From contig JADHWP010000001.1 in assembly GCA_016783425.1 (NCBI GenBank), positions 7,272 through 71,271 on the forward strand: DNA of 64,000 bases. Direction: 5' to 3'. Under the pieces are notes generated by a model that was not told the DNA's origin, ran no database searches, and saw only the letters and a program-made list of their open reading frames with translations. The stretch is from Candidatus Shapirobacteria bacterium. GTDB taxonomy: Bacteria; Patescibacteriota; Microgenomatia; UBA12405; BS750m-G30. Positions within the stretch are counted from its first letter, which is position 1; every line of letters starts with the position of its first letter. Positions 29,575 to 39,644 of the stretch are shown in pieces. The position numbers and the translations under genes are program-made.

Positions 29575-30599
29575 AGATGACTTCAATGGACATTGAGGGA
29601 CTAAAGTTGGTTGATTTGGAAGAAGTTGCTCAAGTGGAAAGACTTAAGCAGTTTTTACAAGAACAAGGAGTTGAAAAGCCTGAATTTATGACTTCGGGGC
29701 ACATGAATTTGTCTTGGCAGGGGGAATTTCAAGGCAGAGAGGTTGTTTGTCAATTTGGTCCGAATTTATCAACCTATCAATTATCTTTAAGCGAAATAAA
29801 AAGTTACGGTTATTTTAATCCCGGAAAATATGAAAAGGCTCAATTGATCTGCCAAGCTACTTTGGAGGCTGGCATCCCTTGCCCATCAATTCTTAAAGCT
29901 GGCTATGCTGGAACTCTATCAAGATCATGGTGTATTGCTGAAAAGGCAGAAGGTGAAGATTTAGACAAGATTTGGAAACAATTGCCAAGATCAACAAAAC
30001 TATCATTGGGCCATCAAATTGGGGGAAAGATTGCCAATATTCACTCAATTAACCCAGATGTTTATGGCCAAAATCCAATATCACCACAAGCTTGGTATCG
30101 AGGTTGGTTTAAACAGGTTTTTGCTAACCTTTCGGCTCTAGGGATTTACCAGCCTCAAGAGTTGGAAAAAATTAAAGAGAGTATTGTTCCGCAATTTTTG
30201 GCTGAAAATATGCCTCCGTTTTTAACGACTATCCACGGTGATATTCTTCAGAAAAACATTTTTGTTAAAAAGGACCCGAAAGAATACAAAGTAAGCAGTA
30301 TTATTGATTGGGAAACGGCTGGCTTAGGTAATCCTTGGGCAGATGTTATCCTTGCTGCTTGGTGGATTTCTGATGAGTACGGTGGTGATAACAAGCTGTA
30401 TGAAGCTGTTATTGGTGGCTACAATGAGGTTATAAGTGGAGGGGCGCTGGCTCTTTCGCTCAATAGATCCAGGACAATGAGGCCCTATATTGATCTTTGG
30501 TGGTATTTGAATATTTTGTGGGTAAGACCATTGATGGGTGATTTTTCTCAGGTTGAGAGAAGGAGGAAAATGGTCGAAAAAGTAATGGAGGAGTTATGA
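29571..30599 (+). CDS. Aminoglycoside phosphotransferase-like kinase
   Basis: IHGDILQKNIFV, IIDWETAGLGNPWAD. Confidence 0.85.
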   Translation: MKMTSMDIEGLKLVDLEEVAQVERLKQFLQEQGVEKPEFMTSGHMNLSWQGEFQGREVVCQFGPNLSTYQLSLSEIKSYGYFNPGKYEKAQLICQATLEAGIPCPSILKAGYAGTLSRSWCIAEKAEGEDLDKIWKQLPRSTKLSLGHQIGGKIANIHSINPDVYGQNPISPQAWYRGWFKQVFANLSALGIYQPQELEKIKESIVPQFLAENMPPFLTTIHGDILQKNIFVKKDPKEYKVSSIIDWETAGLGNPWADVILAAWWISDEYGGDNKLYEAVIGGYNEVISGGALALSLNRSRTMRPYIDLWWYLNILWVRPLMGDFSQVERRRKMVEKVMEEL

Positions 30600-30696
30600 T
30601 CAAGAATAGGTCAAAAAAATTACTCGATTCCAAAATCTTGAAACTAACAGGGTTTTCTTGTTAATAATTTTTGCTATACTGAAAAAAGGAGAAAAA

Positions 30697-31059
30697 ATGA
30701 ATGATTTTAAAATAGCGCCAGTAAAGCCGGCTGTTAAATATGAAGATTTTGCCAAGCTGGATATTCGGGTGGGGACGATTGAAAAAGTGGAAGATATCAA
30801 GGAGTCTGATAAGCTGGTTAGATTGACAGTAGATTTTGGGGATCATAAAAGAAAAATTTTAGTAGGAATGAAGAAGGAGCGAGCAGACCCGACTGAAGTT
30901 GAGGGCCTGCAAACTTTATTTGTGGTTAATTTAGAACCAAGAAAAATGATGGGGGAAATTTCAGAAGGAATGTTATTAGATTTGAGGTATGCGGATGGGA
31001 TGAGCCCAGTGTTAGTTATTCCCGAAAAAAAAGTGCCCAATGGCACTCGGGCGGGTTAA
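30697..31059 (+). CDS. tRNA-binding OB-fold protein (Trbp111/CsaA-like)
   Basis: FAKLDIRVGTI, VNLEPRKMMGEISEGML; start ATG 30697 after AGGAG. Confidence 0.9.
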   Translation: MNDFKIAPVKPAVKYEDFAKLDIRVGTIEKVEDIKESDKLVRLTVDFGDHKRKILVGMKKERADPTEVEGLQTLFVVNLEPRKMMGEISEGMLLDLRYADGMSPVLVIPEKKVPNGTRAG

Positions 31060-31183
31060 AAAGTGAATACAATGAGAAAAACAAAAGGAGAGGGAGTAAC
31101 CTTCGGACGAAACTTTAGGTGTGCCCTCTCATCGTGATAAGTTATTGTAACAAATGGTGAAATATGATGTCAAGCGATAAAAA

Positions 31184-33748
31184 ATGAAGATTAAAGTTGA
31201 TCGAGAAATATTTGAAAAATGGCCTGATTTAAAAATTGGGGTAATGGTTGGTTTGGGGCTAAATAACACCGAAGCCAAACAAAAAAGTCTGGAGTTGCTG
31301 CGAGCAGAGGAAAAAAACCAGCAAAAGCTAATAAAGCTTGAAGAATTGGAGAATCAGGACTTTGTTCGAGCTTGGCGTCAGGTTTATCGTGATTTTGGCG
31401 CTTCACCGAAAAAGTATAAATCGTCAATTGAGGCTTTACTTACCAGGGTATTAACTGAAAAAGAATTACCAGATATTAATCCTTTGGTTAACTTTTATAA
31501 CTACCTTTCTTTAAAATATCATCTTCCTTTTGGAGGAGAGGATTTGGATAAAGTAAAAGGAGACGTTTCTCTTGACTTTGCCAAGGGCAGCGAGAAAGGT
31601 AAGTACATTGGTTCAGATAAAGTAGAGTCAGCCCTGCCCGGGGAAGTAATTTACCAAGATGAATTAGGTTTCATATGCCGAAGATTTAACTGGCGGGAAG
31701 CGGACCGAACCAAATTTACGCCCAAAACCAAAAACGCTATTTTAGTGGCCGAACTATTGCCTCTCGGCAAATCGGAAACACTACAAAAAGCAATTAAGGA
31801 ATTGACTGATTTAGTAGAAAAAGAATTAGGCGGAAAAGTAGCGGTGGCTGTTTTAGATAAACAAAATCCGGTTTTGGAATTTGATTTTGTTTCAGGAAGT
31901 AAATTAACAAGCGGGGACTTGGCCCTTGACAAAATGAAAAAAGTCGAGAAAAAAGAGATTATTGCTAAGTTTAAGCTGCCTACACTTATTACCCCTTTGC
32001 CTGAATGGCTGCCGGAGGAGCGGATAAAAAAGGCTCTTTATTTGGCTTGTGAGGAGCTGGGGAAAGGCTTGGTTTTAAAGGATGAAATTGAAGTTAAACA
32101 CCCGACTTTAGGGGGACACGGGGATTTTGCTTCCAATATTGCTTTGGTTTTAGCTAAAAAACTTAAAAAAAATCCAGGGGAAATAGCCAAAAATTTAGTT
32201 GAGAAAATTAAAGATCAGTCTTTAGATTGGGTTGGAAAAATTGAAACAGCCGGTCCTGGCTTTATCAATTTTTGGTTAAGCAAGGAATATTTATTTAAAC
32301 AAGCCCGGGGATTTTTGAAAGACAATTTTTTTAAAGAAAAGCTGGGGAAGGCGGAAGAGGGGAAAGTGGCAGTCATTGATTATTCCGCTCCTAATATTGC
32401 CAAATCTTTTGGGATTGGACATTTGCGTTCCACTAGCATCGGCCAAGCCATTTACAATCTTTATTCTTTTTTGGGTTGGGAAACTATTGGGGACAATCAT
32501 TTGGGAGACTGGGGAACCCAATTTGGAAAGCTTATTGTGGCGATAAAAAAATGGTGGCCAAAAGAGTTGCAGGAATTAACGGTTGAGGAGTTGGAAAAGC
32601 TATACGTTAAGTTTCACACGGAAGCTAAAAAAGACAAAAGCCTGGAAAATGAGGGTCGGGCTTGGTTTAAAAAGTTGGAGGACGGGGATCAGGAAGCAAA
32701 AGAGATTTGGCAAGTTTGTACGGACGTTTCTTTAAAAGAATTTAAGCGGATTTATGATTTATTGGGAGTAAGAATTGATTATGCTTACGGAGAGGCCTTT
32801 TATCATTTTGGCGGGTGGATGGAAAAAGTGCTGGCTGATTTAAAAAAGAGAAAGTTAGTCAAAAAAAGCCAGGGGGCGTTGGTAATTGAAATTCCGGAAA
32901 TAAAAGTGCCGGGAATGCTGGTCAAATCAGACGGAGGCACGACTTATCTTTTTCGGGATATGGCGACCATATTTTTTAGAATGGAAAAATGGAACCCGGA
33001 TTTGGTGATTTACGAAGTCGGGGCAGACCAGAAATTTCATTTTCAGCAGGTATTTGCCGCTTCTCAAAAAGCAGGATATATTGATAGCAAAAAACTAGTC
33101 CATGTTCCTCATGGGCTAATTCGCTGGAAGCATGGCAAGTTTTCCACCCGCAAAGGCGATACCATTCATTTGGAAGAAATTTTAAAAGAAGGAATTGAAA
33201 AAGCCTATCAAATAGTGGAAAAAAGCCAGACCAGCGAAGGCTTGAACAAAAGTGAAAAAATGAAAATTGCCAAGGCGGTCGGAATTGGAGGAGTGAAATT
33301 TAATGATTTAAAGCAGGAGCCGGAAAAAGACATTATTTTTGAGTGGGAAAAGATTTTAACCCTAGCAGGATATTCTGCTCCTTATCTCCAATATACCTAT
33401 GCTCGTTGTGCCTCGGTTTTAGCAAAAGCAGAGAATTTAAGTTTTGAAAAGATTTCTTTGAGTTCAGGTCTTGAGAAAGAAGAACTTTCCTTGTTGCGCA
33501 GCTTCTACCAGTTTCCAGAGGTAATTTTAATTTCTGCCAATAACTTCGCCCCTCACCTACTGGCGCAGTATTTATTTGATCTGGCGCAAAAGTTTAATCT
33601 TTTTTACCAAAAACACCGAATACTTTCAAACTCCAAACTTCAAACTTCAAACACTCAAGAATTTAGACTGTTTTTAACTAAGATTGCTGCTCAAGTTTTG
33701 AAAATGGGGTTGGAAATTTTAGGAATTGAAGTGCTGGAGAAAATGTAG
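31184..33748 (+). CDS. argS: Arginine--tRNA ligase fused to an N-terminal B3/B4 (PheT-like) domain
   Basis: First ~235 aa: SSIEALL, PDINPLVNFYN, GGEDLD, RRFNWRE. ArgRS part: GPGFIN, DYSAPNIAK, GHLRS, HLGDWGTQFG, KFSTRKG, YLQYTYAR. Confidence 0.95.
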   Translation: MKIKVDREIFEKWPDLKIGVMVGLGLNNTEAKQKSLELLRAEEKNQQKLIKLEELENQDFVRAWRQVYRDFGASPKKYKSSIEALLTRVLTEKELPDINPLVNFYNYLSLKYHLPFGGEDLDKVKGDVSLDFAKGSEKGKYIGSDKVESALPGEVIYQDELGFICRRFNWREADRTKFTPKTKNAILVAELLPLGKSETLQKAIKELTDLVEKELGGKVAVAVLDKQNPVLEFDFVSGSKLTSGDLALDKMKKVEKKEIIAKFKLPTLITPLPEWLPEERIKKALYLACEELGKGLVLKDEIEVKHPTLGGHGDFASNIALVLAKKLKKNPGEIAKNLVEKIKDQSLDWVGKIETAGPGFINFWLSKEYLFKQARGFLKDNFFKEKLGKAEEGKVAVIDYSAPNIAKSFGIGHLRSTSIGQAIYNLYSFLGWETIGDNHLGDWGTQFGKLIVAIKKWWPKELQELTVEELEKLYVKFHTEAKKDKSLENEGRAWFKKLEDGDQEAKEIWQVCTDVSLKEFKRIYDLLGVRIDYAYGEAFYHFGGWMEKVLADLKKRKLVKKSQGALVIEIPEIKVPGMLVKSDGGTTYLFRDMATIFFRMEKWNPDLVIYEVGADQKFHFQQVFAASQKAGYIDSKKLVHVPHGLIRWKHGKFSTRKGDTIHLEEILKEGIEKAYQIVEKSQTSEGLNKSEKMKIAKAVGIGGVKFNDLKQEPEKDIIFEWEKILTLAGYSAPYLQYTYARCASVLAKAENLSFEKISLSSGLEKEELSLLRSFYQFPEVILISANNFAPHLLAQYLFDLAQKFNLFYQKHRILSNSKLQTSNTQEFRLFLTKIAAQVLKMGLEILGIEVLEKM

Positions 33749-33750
33749 GA

Positions 33751-35244
33751 ATGGTTGAAAAACATTACCAATTTTACTGGCGAGAACTTGAAAAAAAACA
33801 AGAAGTTTTAATTTCCTCTTTTATTCCTACTTATTTGCAGATGCAACCCTCGCTTCACCCCTTGGCTAATAATCCCCAAAAGGTGGATGGGGGAGCTTTG
33901 AGTTATGCTTTAGGCCGCCTGCCCAACTGTATTGGCCAGGTAGACAGGGTGTTGCTGGGCCAAAGTCGAGGAGATTTTGCCAAAGCGGGTTTTAAAATAA
34001 GCGAAGCCCAGGAAGCGCTAACTAAAGCTCGAAAAAGGCGCTGTTACTTTCTGCCAAACAAGGCTACTTTAGCCTGCTATATTGCTTCAGCAACGGATGT
34101 TGACGATTTGGTTAACGCTTTAATTGCCTACCTTATTGAAAAAAGAAAACAGGGGGAGCAAAAGGAGATTAGTGTTCAACTGCTGGCTGATCATGAAGTG
34201 GGATACCGCCAAATTGCCCAAAGCTGGTGGACGCAAGTAAGAAATAATTTTTTGGCGCTGGGATTGGAAGATAAGCCCCTATATTTTATTTCTTCCAATT
34301 TACACGGGCTGGTAAACATTATTGGCGGTTTTGCGCGCAGTAAGCAGGTGGAGATTTTTGACTATATTCAAAAAAGTCAACCGGAAATGTACCGGGAGTG
34401 GTTAAAAATCGAAAAAGGGGAAAATAAGTTAAGAGTTAATCATTTTCTTTATTATCTTTCCAAGTTGTATTTTGAAACCCACCCCAAAGCCTTTGCCGAA
34501 AAATTAAGGTTTGAAGAGAAAATAGGAATTAAACAGGTAAGATCGGTGGAGGGGTTGGATTGCAACGCTCAGCTCATTCCTGTTTCTTTGCTGGGAACCA
34601 CCCAATCGTTGGATCCCCACTTAAAAGTTAGTTATCCAAGCGAGCTTGCTAAAAGCGAAGCCTTAATTATTAATATTCAGTATCCGTTAGGAATGTCCGC
34701 CTACTATCTTCTTTCCGAGCTTTTGGAAAACCTAAAGCTACTCAAGGGAGTTTACATTATTGGCAAGGCGGCGATTTTAGCGGGACAAGTAGGGGATATT
34801 CAGATTCCGAGCACTGTTTTTGATAAAAATTCGCGGCAAACTTTTTTGTTTCCTAATATTTTTAACCAGAAGTTTCCCTTTGCCTCTTTTCAGGCCAGTA
34901 TCTTAAAAGAGCAAAAAGCAGTATCGGTTAAAGGGACTTTTTTGGAAAACCAAAAGCAGTTGGAAGGCTATAAAGAGGCTAATTTTAATATTGTAGAGAT
35001 GGAATCCGGGCCCTATCTTAAGGCTTTATCTGAATATCAATCTGAAGTTAATTTAGGACCGGAAGGTTATTTTCACCTGGACAATCTTCCTTTGGAATTA
35101 GGGATTATTAATTATGCCTCTGATAATCCTTTTGCCGAGGAAAGTTTAGCCAAAGGAACTTTGGGATTACGGGGGATAGAGTCTACTTACTTAGCGGGCT
35201 TGGCCGTTTTGGAGCGGATTATTCAAAAAGAAGAAATGGCTTGA
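33751..35244 (+). CDS. Hypothetical protein with nucleoside phosphorylase-like C-terminal region
   Basis: IIGKAAIL..VGDIQIP, VEMESGPY, YASDNP resemble PNP/AMP-nucleosidase fold motifs. Confidence 0.55.
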   Translation: MVEKHYQFYWRELEKKQEVLISSFIPTYLQMQPSLHPLANNPQKVDGGALSYALGRLPNCIGQVDRVLLGQSRGDFAKAGFKISEAQEALTKARKRRCYFLPNKATLACYIASATDVDDLVNALIAYLIEKRKQGEQKEISVQLLADHEVGYRQIAQSWWTQVRNNFLALGLEDKPLYFISSNLHGLVNIIGGFARSKQVEIFDYIQKSQPEMYREWLKIEKGENKLRVNHFLYYLSKLYFETHPKAFAEKLRFEEKIGIKQVRSVEGLDCNAQLIPVSLLGTTQSLDPHLKVSYPSELAKSEALIINIQYPLGMSAYYLLSELLENLKLLKGVYIIGKAAILAGQVGDIQIPSTVFDKNSRQTFLFPNIFNQKFPFASFQASILKEQKAVSVKGTFLENQKQLEGYKEANFNIVEMESGPYLKALSEYQSEVNLGPEGYFHLDNLPLELGIINYASDNPFAEESLAKGTLGLRGIESTYLAGLAVLERIIQKEEMA

Positions 35245-36543
35245 GCGGGCTGACTTTTTAAAGCCCAGTTTTTTGAGTATTTTGGTTGTGGTTTGGGGAT
35301 ATTGGCAAATATCTTTAAAAATTATTTTAAGATTTCTTTTTTGACCCCGATGGAGAATAAACCGATAAATTGTTTTTCCGTGCTTTTGTAAGTAGCGCTT
35401 GTGTTTTAAAAAGGTGCCGATAGAGGCCTGCTTTTCTTTCTGGTTGATCATTTTCAAGCCAATATGACCGAGGGGGTGATTATTTTTCGTAATTAGCCAG
35501 TAGGCAAAAGCCGGGTTGTAAATTAAATTATTGAGCCAGGCTTTGATTTGGTCTTTGCTTTTGGGGGTAAAGGTAAAAAGATTCTGTCTTGTTTGGGGTT
35601 TTTTAAATTCTCGTAAATGGAAACGCAAAAGTTTGGAGTCGGGAGAAAAAGGAATAAATTCCAATCCCTGATATTTTATTCGCTTGGTGTTTGGCTTGCT
35701 GATATTAAAAATAAAACCCTCTTTTTTAATTGTTTTTAAACAGGAAGAAAAGCCAAGATTGGTTAATTTTTTTCGTAATCGAGAGATATACTGGTCCAGA
35801 GCATAGTCGGAATATTCATAATTTTCGCCCCAAAGGTGGTGAGCTAGTTTTTCCCGATTGATTATTTTATCCTGATTTTTTGCAAAAATTTCCAGTCCTT
35901 TTTGTTGCTGGAGTGAAAGATGAGAGGTAACTTTTTTAAGATTAACCTCTTTTTCTTGGCCAGGGAAACTTAATTGCAAGTAGTTTTTTAATGCTCTGTC
36001 AACCTTTAAGGTTGACAGAGTGTGATTGGTTTTTTTAATAATTCCGGTTTTAAGCAGATAATCAAGTTCATTTTTTTGGTAAAAAAAAGATTGTAAGTTT
36101 TTTTGGGAGATTTGCTGCAAAATTAGCTGCTGATTTTCAGAAAGGAGGCTAAAAAACAAATTGGGCTTAGACTGGCGGCCAGGATCAGGAAGATAAATTA
36201 GCCGTTTAAGAAAATAGCTCTCTTTAAGCTGGTTATAAAGCCTTTCTTGTTTTAGATTTTGGTCGAAAACCAGAATGATTCTGGCTTGCTTAAAGTTTTT
36301 TTCAAAAGCGCGCTCCAACCTAATTAGAAGTGGCAGGGAGGCTAAATAAAAATTGGGAAAGCTGATAATGCTTAATCGAGAAAAATTAATTTTGTTTAGA
36401 CTCATTTTGCTTTCGATCGTGAACAGTTTGGCCCCGGGCCAAATTTTTCTAAGAGAGGAAATTGGAAACAAGGGAGCGGTAATTAGGGTTTGAAAATGAT
36501 ATTTGGCCAAATTAATTTTGGCCCTCCCAGCCCAGTTGTCCAT
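35191..36543 (-). CDS. Regulator: OmpR/PhoB-type winged helix fused to C-terminal GNAT-like domain
   Basis: LSLQQQKGL...INREKLAHHLWG...SDYALDQYISRLRKKL...TIKKEGF; then WLITKNNHPLGHIGL...LKKLGFKK. Confidence 0.75.
   Translation of the reverse strand: MDNWAGRAKINLAKYHFQTLITAPLFPISSLRKIWPGAKLFTIESKMSLNKINFSRLSIISFPNFYLASLPLLIRLERAFEKNFKQARIILVFDQNLKQERLYNQLKESYFLKRLIYLPDPGRQSKPNLFFSLLSENQQLILQQISQKNLQSFFYQKNELDYLLKTGIIKKTNHTLSTLKVDRALKNYLQLSFPGQEKEVNLKKVTSHLSLQQQKGLEIFAKNQDKIINREKLAHHLWGENYEYSDYALDQYISRLRKKLTNLGFSSCLKTIKKEGFIFNISKPNTKRIKYQGLEFIPFSPDSKLLRFHLREFKKPQTRQNLFTFTPKSKDQIKAWLNNLIYNPAFAYWLITKNNHPLGHIGLKMINQKEKQASIGTFLKHKRYLQKHGKTIYRFILHRGQKRNLKIIFKDICQYPQTTTKILKKLGFKKSARSSHFFFLNNPLQNGQAR
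35994..36020. repeat. Family A REP inside a coding sequence
   Basis: ctctgtcaacctttaaggttgacagag (27 nt), translated as LSTLKVDR within the regulator. Confidence 0.8.
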
Positions 36544-36564
36544 AGTATTATATTATATCCAACT

Positions 36565-36619
36565 TGTCAGGATTTTGCAAGAGAGGTGTCAAGAAAAATA
36601 AGTCTCTGGACAATATACT
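36565..36619 (+). promoter_or_regulatory. TGTCA/TGCAA/TGTCA 11-bp-period boxes, N22, then -10 TATACT
   Basis: Boxes at 36565, 36576, 36587; -10 at 36614; 37 bp identical to the copies at 38462 and 40534. Confidence 0.75.
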
Positions 36620-36628
36620 ATCAGTTAC

Positions 36629-38392
36629 ATGGGCAGACTGGAAAGAGGGGATTTAACACGGCCACTCCTCGTCATGATATCTGAACCTTCGTTCCATGAG
36701 GGAGAAAAAAGGCTGATTACTGGCCCTGGTGGAATGATTTTTGATATTGAAAGAACAAGGTCGGGTCTAAATGTTTTGAGTCGTCCCCAGCTTGAGGGAG
36801 CTCGTGGAGAACAGCTTTCTTATAATGAATCGAGCGAATCGTTTTCTCTTTTTTTTACTTATTCTAAACAGGGAGAGGGATACGTTCTTAATGAAGGCCA
36901 GGTGACCAACGGAGTTTTTTTCCGGGGCCAAGAACAGTCAGCGGTTATTTTTGCCGAAGTTACCCAAGGAGCTTTCGAGGAAGATGTTTCCTTGGGCGCA
37001 TTTCTCTATTTGCCTCCAAATTCAGTTCCTGATCAAGCGGTAAAAGATCTTTTTGGAGAAACAAGACTTTATGACCCGATAGAGTTAGAAGGAGTTCCTT
37101 TTAATCCCGTGGCTATCGAATTCACTGATTTAGAAGAAATATTTTCGCAGATAATTGACGAAAAATTAGTCGAAAAAATTAAGCCAATAGCCGAGCGGTT
37201 TTTAACTCAAAGAGAAGCGTTTATTGCTTCTCAAGTCAGTTTTCCTTTGGGGGTTGAAAAATTACTTACTGTTTCCGGCGGATCAGAACTTTTTGCTTCA
37301 TTTCCCGCTTTTCTTCTAACCAAGTTAGTCGAGCAGTTCAGAACAAGTGGCGCAGTACACTTATTTCAAGTCGAGAGTGTTTTAAAAACAGTTCTGGCAG
37401 GAGTAAAAGACCAAAAAGAAAAATGGGCCCTAGCCTCTTTTTTTTATAATCTATTTGGCAAAGGGCATTGTTTAGTCAGTAATTATGATCAGTATCAAGG
37501 AGGCGTTTCAGGATTGATAATAGACTTATTGGTAGAAACAGGGACACTTTCTTCTGGTGGAAGCATAGAGGCTATTTGGCGTGAGGGTTTTAGCGGAATG
37601 ACTCAAGCCGCTTTTACTTATTGGCTTGAGAGGCAATGGTTGAAAAGGGAGGAGGAGAGATTATTTACAAAGCAAGCCTTTTTTCATACTCCCCTAAGAG
37701 AGACACACGAGCCCTTGGATGGAGAATTATATGAAAGATGGCTTGATTTAGCTAATAAAGTGGGAAAAAAAGCGAGAAACAACGAAATTAATTGGCCTCA
37801 TTTTGCTAATAAACTGGCGGAACTAGCTTTGATGGGTAAATTTTATCCTGATGGAAATGTCCATTTTTTTCACTGGGGATTTGGCGTAGAAAATAAGAGA
37901 TATGCTGGTGATAGAGGGTTTTTTTCCAGAGAGATTTACCTTTTGACTAATCCTAATGGAGTGAGATTGGTTCTACCTTTGCCGCCGTCAGCCTTTTTGC
38001 CAGCTACTATTGAGATTGATTGGAGCAAAAGTGGAAAAGGGTGGTTAAATCCCGAGCTTTGTTTTTATTGCTGGGTTAAACCCGATGCGCCTTTTGATTA
38101 TAGTCAGGCTACTGCTGTTTCCTTTAATCAGTGGGTGGGGATCGGTGATTTTAAAAACTTTAGGCGGATAAGGCTCCCTTTGGGGCAAAAAAGGGGTGGC
38201 AATGTTGAAGCCTGGATCAGTCAAGGCTGGCAAATAGTTGAACAGTTTAGGGACAATGCAAGTGGCGCGATAATGTTATTGCTTCCTTTTAAAGAGAGGG
38301 AAGGCAAAGTAGCGGTTAATCAATTTTTAGATCTTACTAGTAAAAAGTATCCAGCTGAGCAATATTTTGAGGTTCCGGTAAATATTTATTAG
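36629..38392 (+). CDS. Hypothetical ORFan (587 aa)
   Basis: Long ORF starting 9 nt after the -10; no recognised motif. Confidence 0.75.
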   Translation: MGRLERGDLTRPLLVMISEPSFHEGEKRLITGPGGMIFDIERTRSGLNVLSRPQLEGARGEQLSYNESSESFSLFFTYSKQGEGYVLNEGQVTNGVFFRGQEQSAVIFAEVTQGAFEEDVSLGAFLYLPPNSVPDQAVKDLFGETRLYDPIELEGVPFNPVAIEFTDLEEIFSQIIDEKLVEKIKPIAERFLTQREAFIASQVSFPLGVEKLLTVSGGSELFASFPAFLLTKLVEQFRTSGAVHLFQVESVLKTVLAGVKDQKEKWALASFFYNLFGKGHCLVSNYDQYQGGVSGLIIDLLVETGTLSSGGSIEAIWREGFSGMTQAAFTYWLERQWLKREEERLFTKQAFFHTPLRETHEPLDGELYERWLDLANKVGKKARNNEINWPHFANKLAELALMGKFYPDGNVHFFHWGFGVENKRYAGDRGFFSREIYLLTNPNGVRLVLPLPPSAFLPATIEIDWSKSGKGWLNPELCFYCWVKPDAPFDYSQATAVSFNQWVGIGDFKNFRRIRLPLGQKRGGNVEAWISQGWQIVEQFRDNASGAIMLLLPFKEREGKVAVNQFLDLTSKKYPAEQYFEVPVNIY

Positions 38393-38405
38393 TTATCTTA
38401 TTTGT

Positions 38406-38450
38406 TGTCAACCTTAAAGGTTATCGGGTCATCAACCTTTAAGGTTGACA
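38406..38450. repeat. REP doublet (family A)
   Basis: tgtcaaccttaaaggttatcgggtcatcaacctttaaggttgaca. Confidence 0.9.
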
Positions 38451-38452
38451 AG

Positions 38453-38519
38453 TATTTGCCCTGTCAGGATTTTGCAAGAGAGGTGTCAAGAAAAATAAAA
38501 AGAGGTGGTTTACACTATA
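38453..38519 (+). promoter_or_regulatory. 67-bp duplicated promoter cassette, copy 1
   Basis: Identical to 40525-40591; boxes at 38462/38473/38484, -10 TACACT at 38511. Confidence 0.8.
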
Positions 38520-38525
38520 GGGCAA

Positions 38526-39458
38526 ATGAGGGAAATTCTTAGAAGAAAAGAATCGGGTAAAAAAGAAGTCAAATGGTCAGATGAGCTTTTGGCGGGAGCT
38601 ACAGGGATTGAGGGACAAGTGGCGGAATTAATAGCGGGAAGAGAATTAAAAAGATTTAGGTTGCCCCAAGCTTTAATCCAAGATTTTGGAGTTGCTTCCG
38701 CTTGGGCTTTAGAGGCTTTTCCTGGCTGTGAATCAGGGGTGGCTATTCATTGCTTTTGGCCTCAACTTGCTGAATTTGAAAATACGATTAGAAAAAAAGG
38801 AGGGGTTTATAGGTTGCGTCGTTTAATGCCTGAAATAATGCGAGCAAAATTATCCAAAAACCTTCGGGTTTGCAGTAGATTCGGCAGGGATCCAATAAAA
38901 TGGTCTGCTGAATTTTTAGTCGAAAATAGGGGCGCGCTTATACCCGAAATAGGAATGGAAATCAATCCTAAGGGAGAAGTGGATGAACTCTCTTTTTACC
39001 TTGATCTTGGAGAACTTGGTTTTTCTAAAAAAAATGCTTTTCCGAATCTGGTAGTTGATAAAAAAGGAAATGTGGAACTTCGCAGATGGCAGCCACGTGA
39101 TTGGCATTTTTCGGACGGCGAGTGGATTATTGAAGCTTATGATCCCCAAAACCCCAATCACACAAGCTCTTTAAAGGCAATAAAAGAAGGATTGCCAATG
39201 CTTCAATTTCTTTGGCCTTCTTTGCTGTATCCAAAATGGAAATTTGGCTGGGGTGATTTAATAATTAATGCCAATGAACCCGGTTCTTCTGATAGTTCAC
39301 CAACAGATGTGAGAATCAGCCGGTGGGCAGGAGTGGGGCAAAGCAGGCATCTTTTCGAGTTTTATACTTCTAGATCAGGGTGGAAATTAGAAAATAAGAT
39401 ATGGGATCAAAGAAGACGGTGGGGAAGAAGAATGGCCAGTGTTCATATAAATTTTTAA
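38526..39458 (+). CDS. Hypothetical ORFan (Trp-rich)
   Basis: Long ORF; ATG 38526 lies 9 nt after the -10 and is preferred over GTG 38505. Confidence 0.72.
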   Translation: MREILRRKESGKKEVKWSDELLAGATGIEGQVAELIAGRELKRFRLPQALIQDFGVASAWALEAFPGCESGVAIHCFWPQLAEFENTIRKKGGVYRLRRLMPEIMRAKLSKNLRVCSRFGRDPIKWSAEFLVENRGALIPEIGMEINPKGEVDELSFYLDLGELGFSKKNAFPNLVVDKKGNVELRRWQPRDWHFSDGEWIIEAYDPQNPNHTSSLKAIKEGLPMLQFLWPSLLYPKWKFGWGDLIINANEPGSSDSSPTDVRISRWAGVGQSRHLFEFYTSRSGWKLENKIWDQRRRWGRRMASVHINF

Positions 39459-39644
39459 TTTGCTTTACTAGGGGGGTGGGGTGGCGAATTGTTGAAAGGG
39501 ATGGCTTCTGAAAGGCAACCCAAATAGGCTTGTTGCGTTATAATAATCTTAGGCACGGAAAATGTCATTAGCTTGTGCCTAAAAAAATAATTTCGTACCA
39601 AGCCTAATACTTCCGGGAGAGCCACAGGCTCTAGCTTGCGGAAT

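Noticed and set aside
31100-31115. Hammerhead ribozyme (GGACGAAAC)
   Set aside because: No CTGATGA core in a compatible position.
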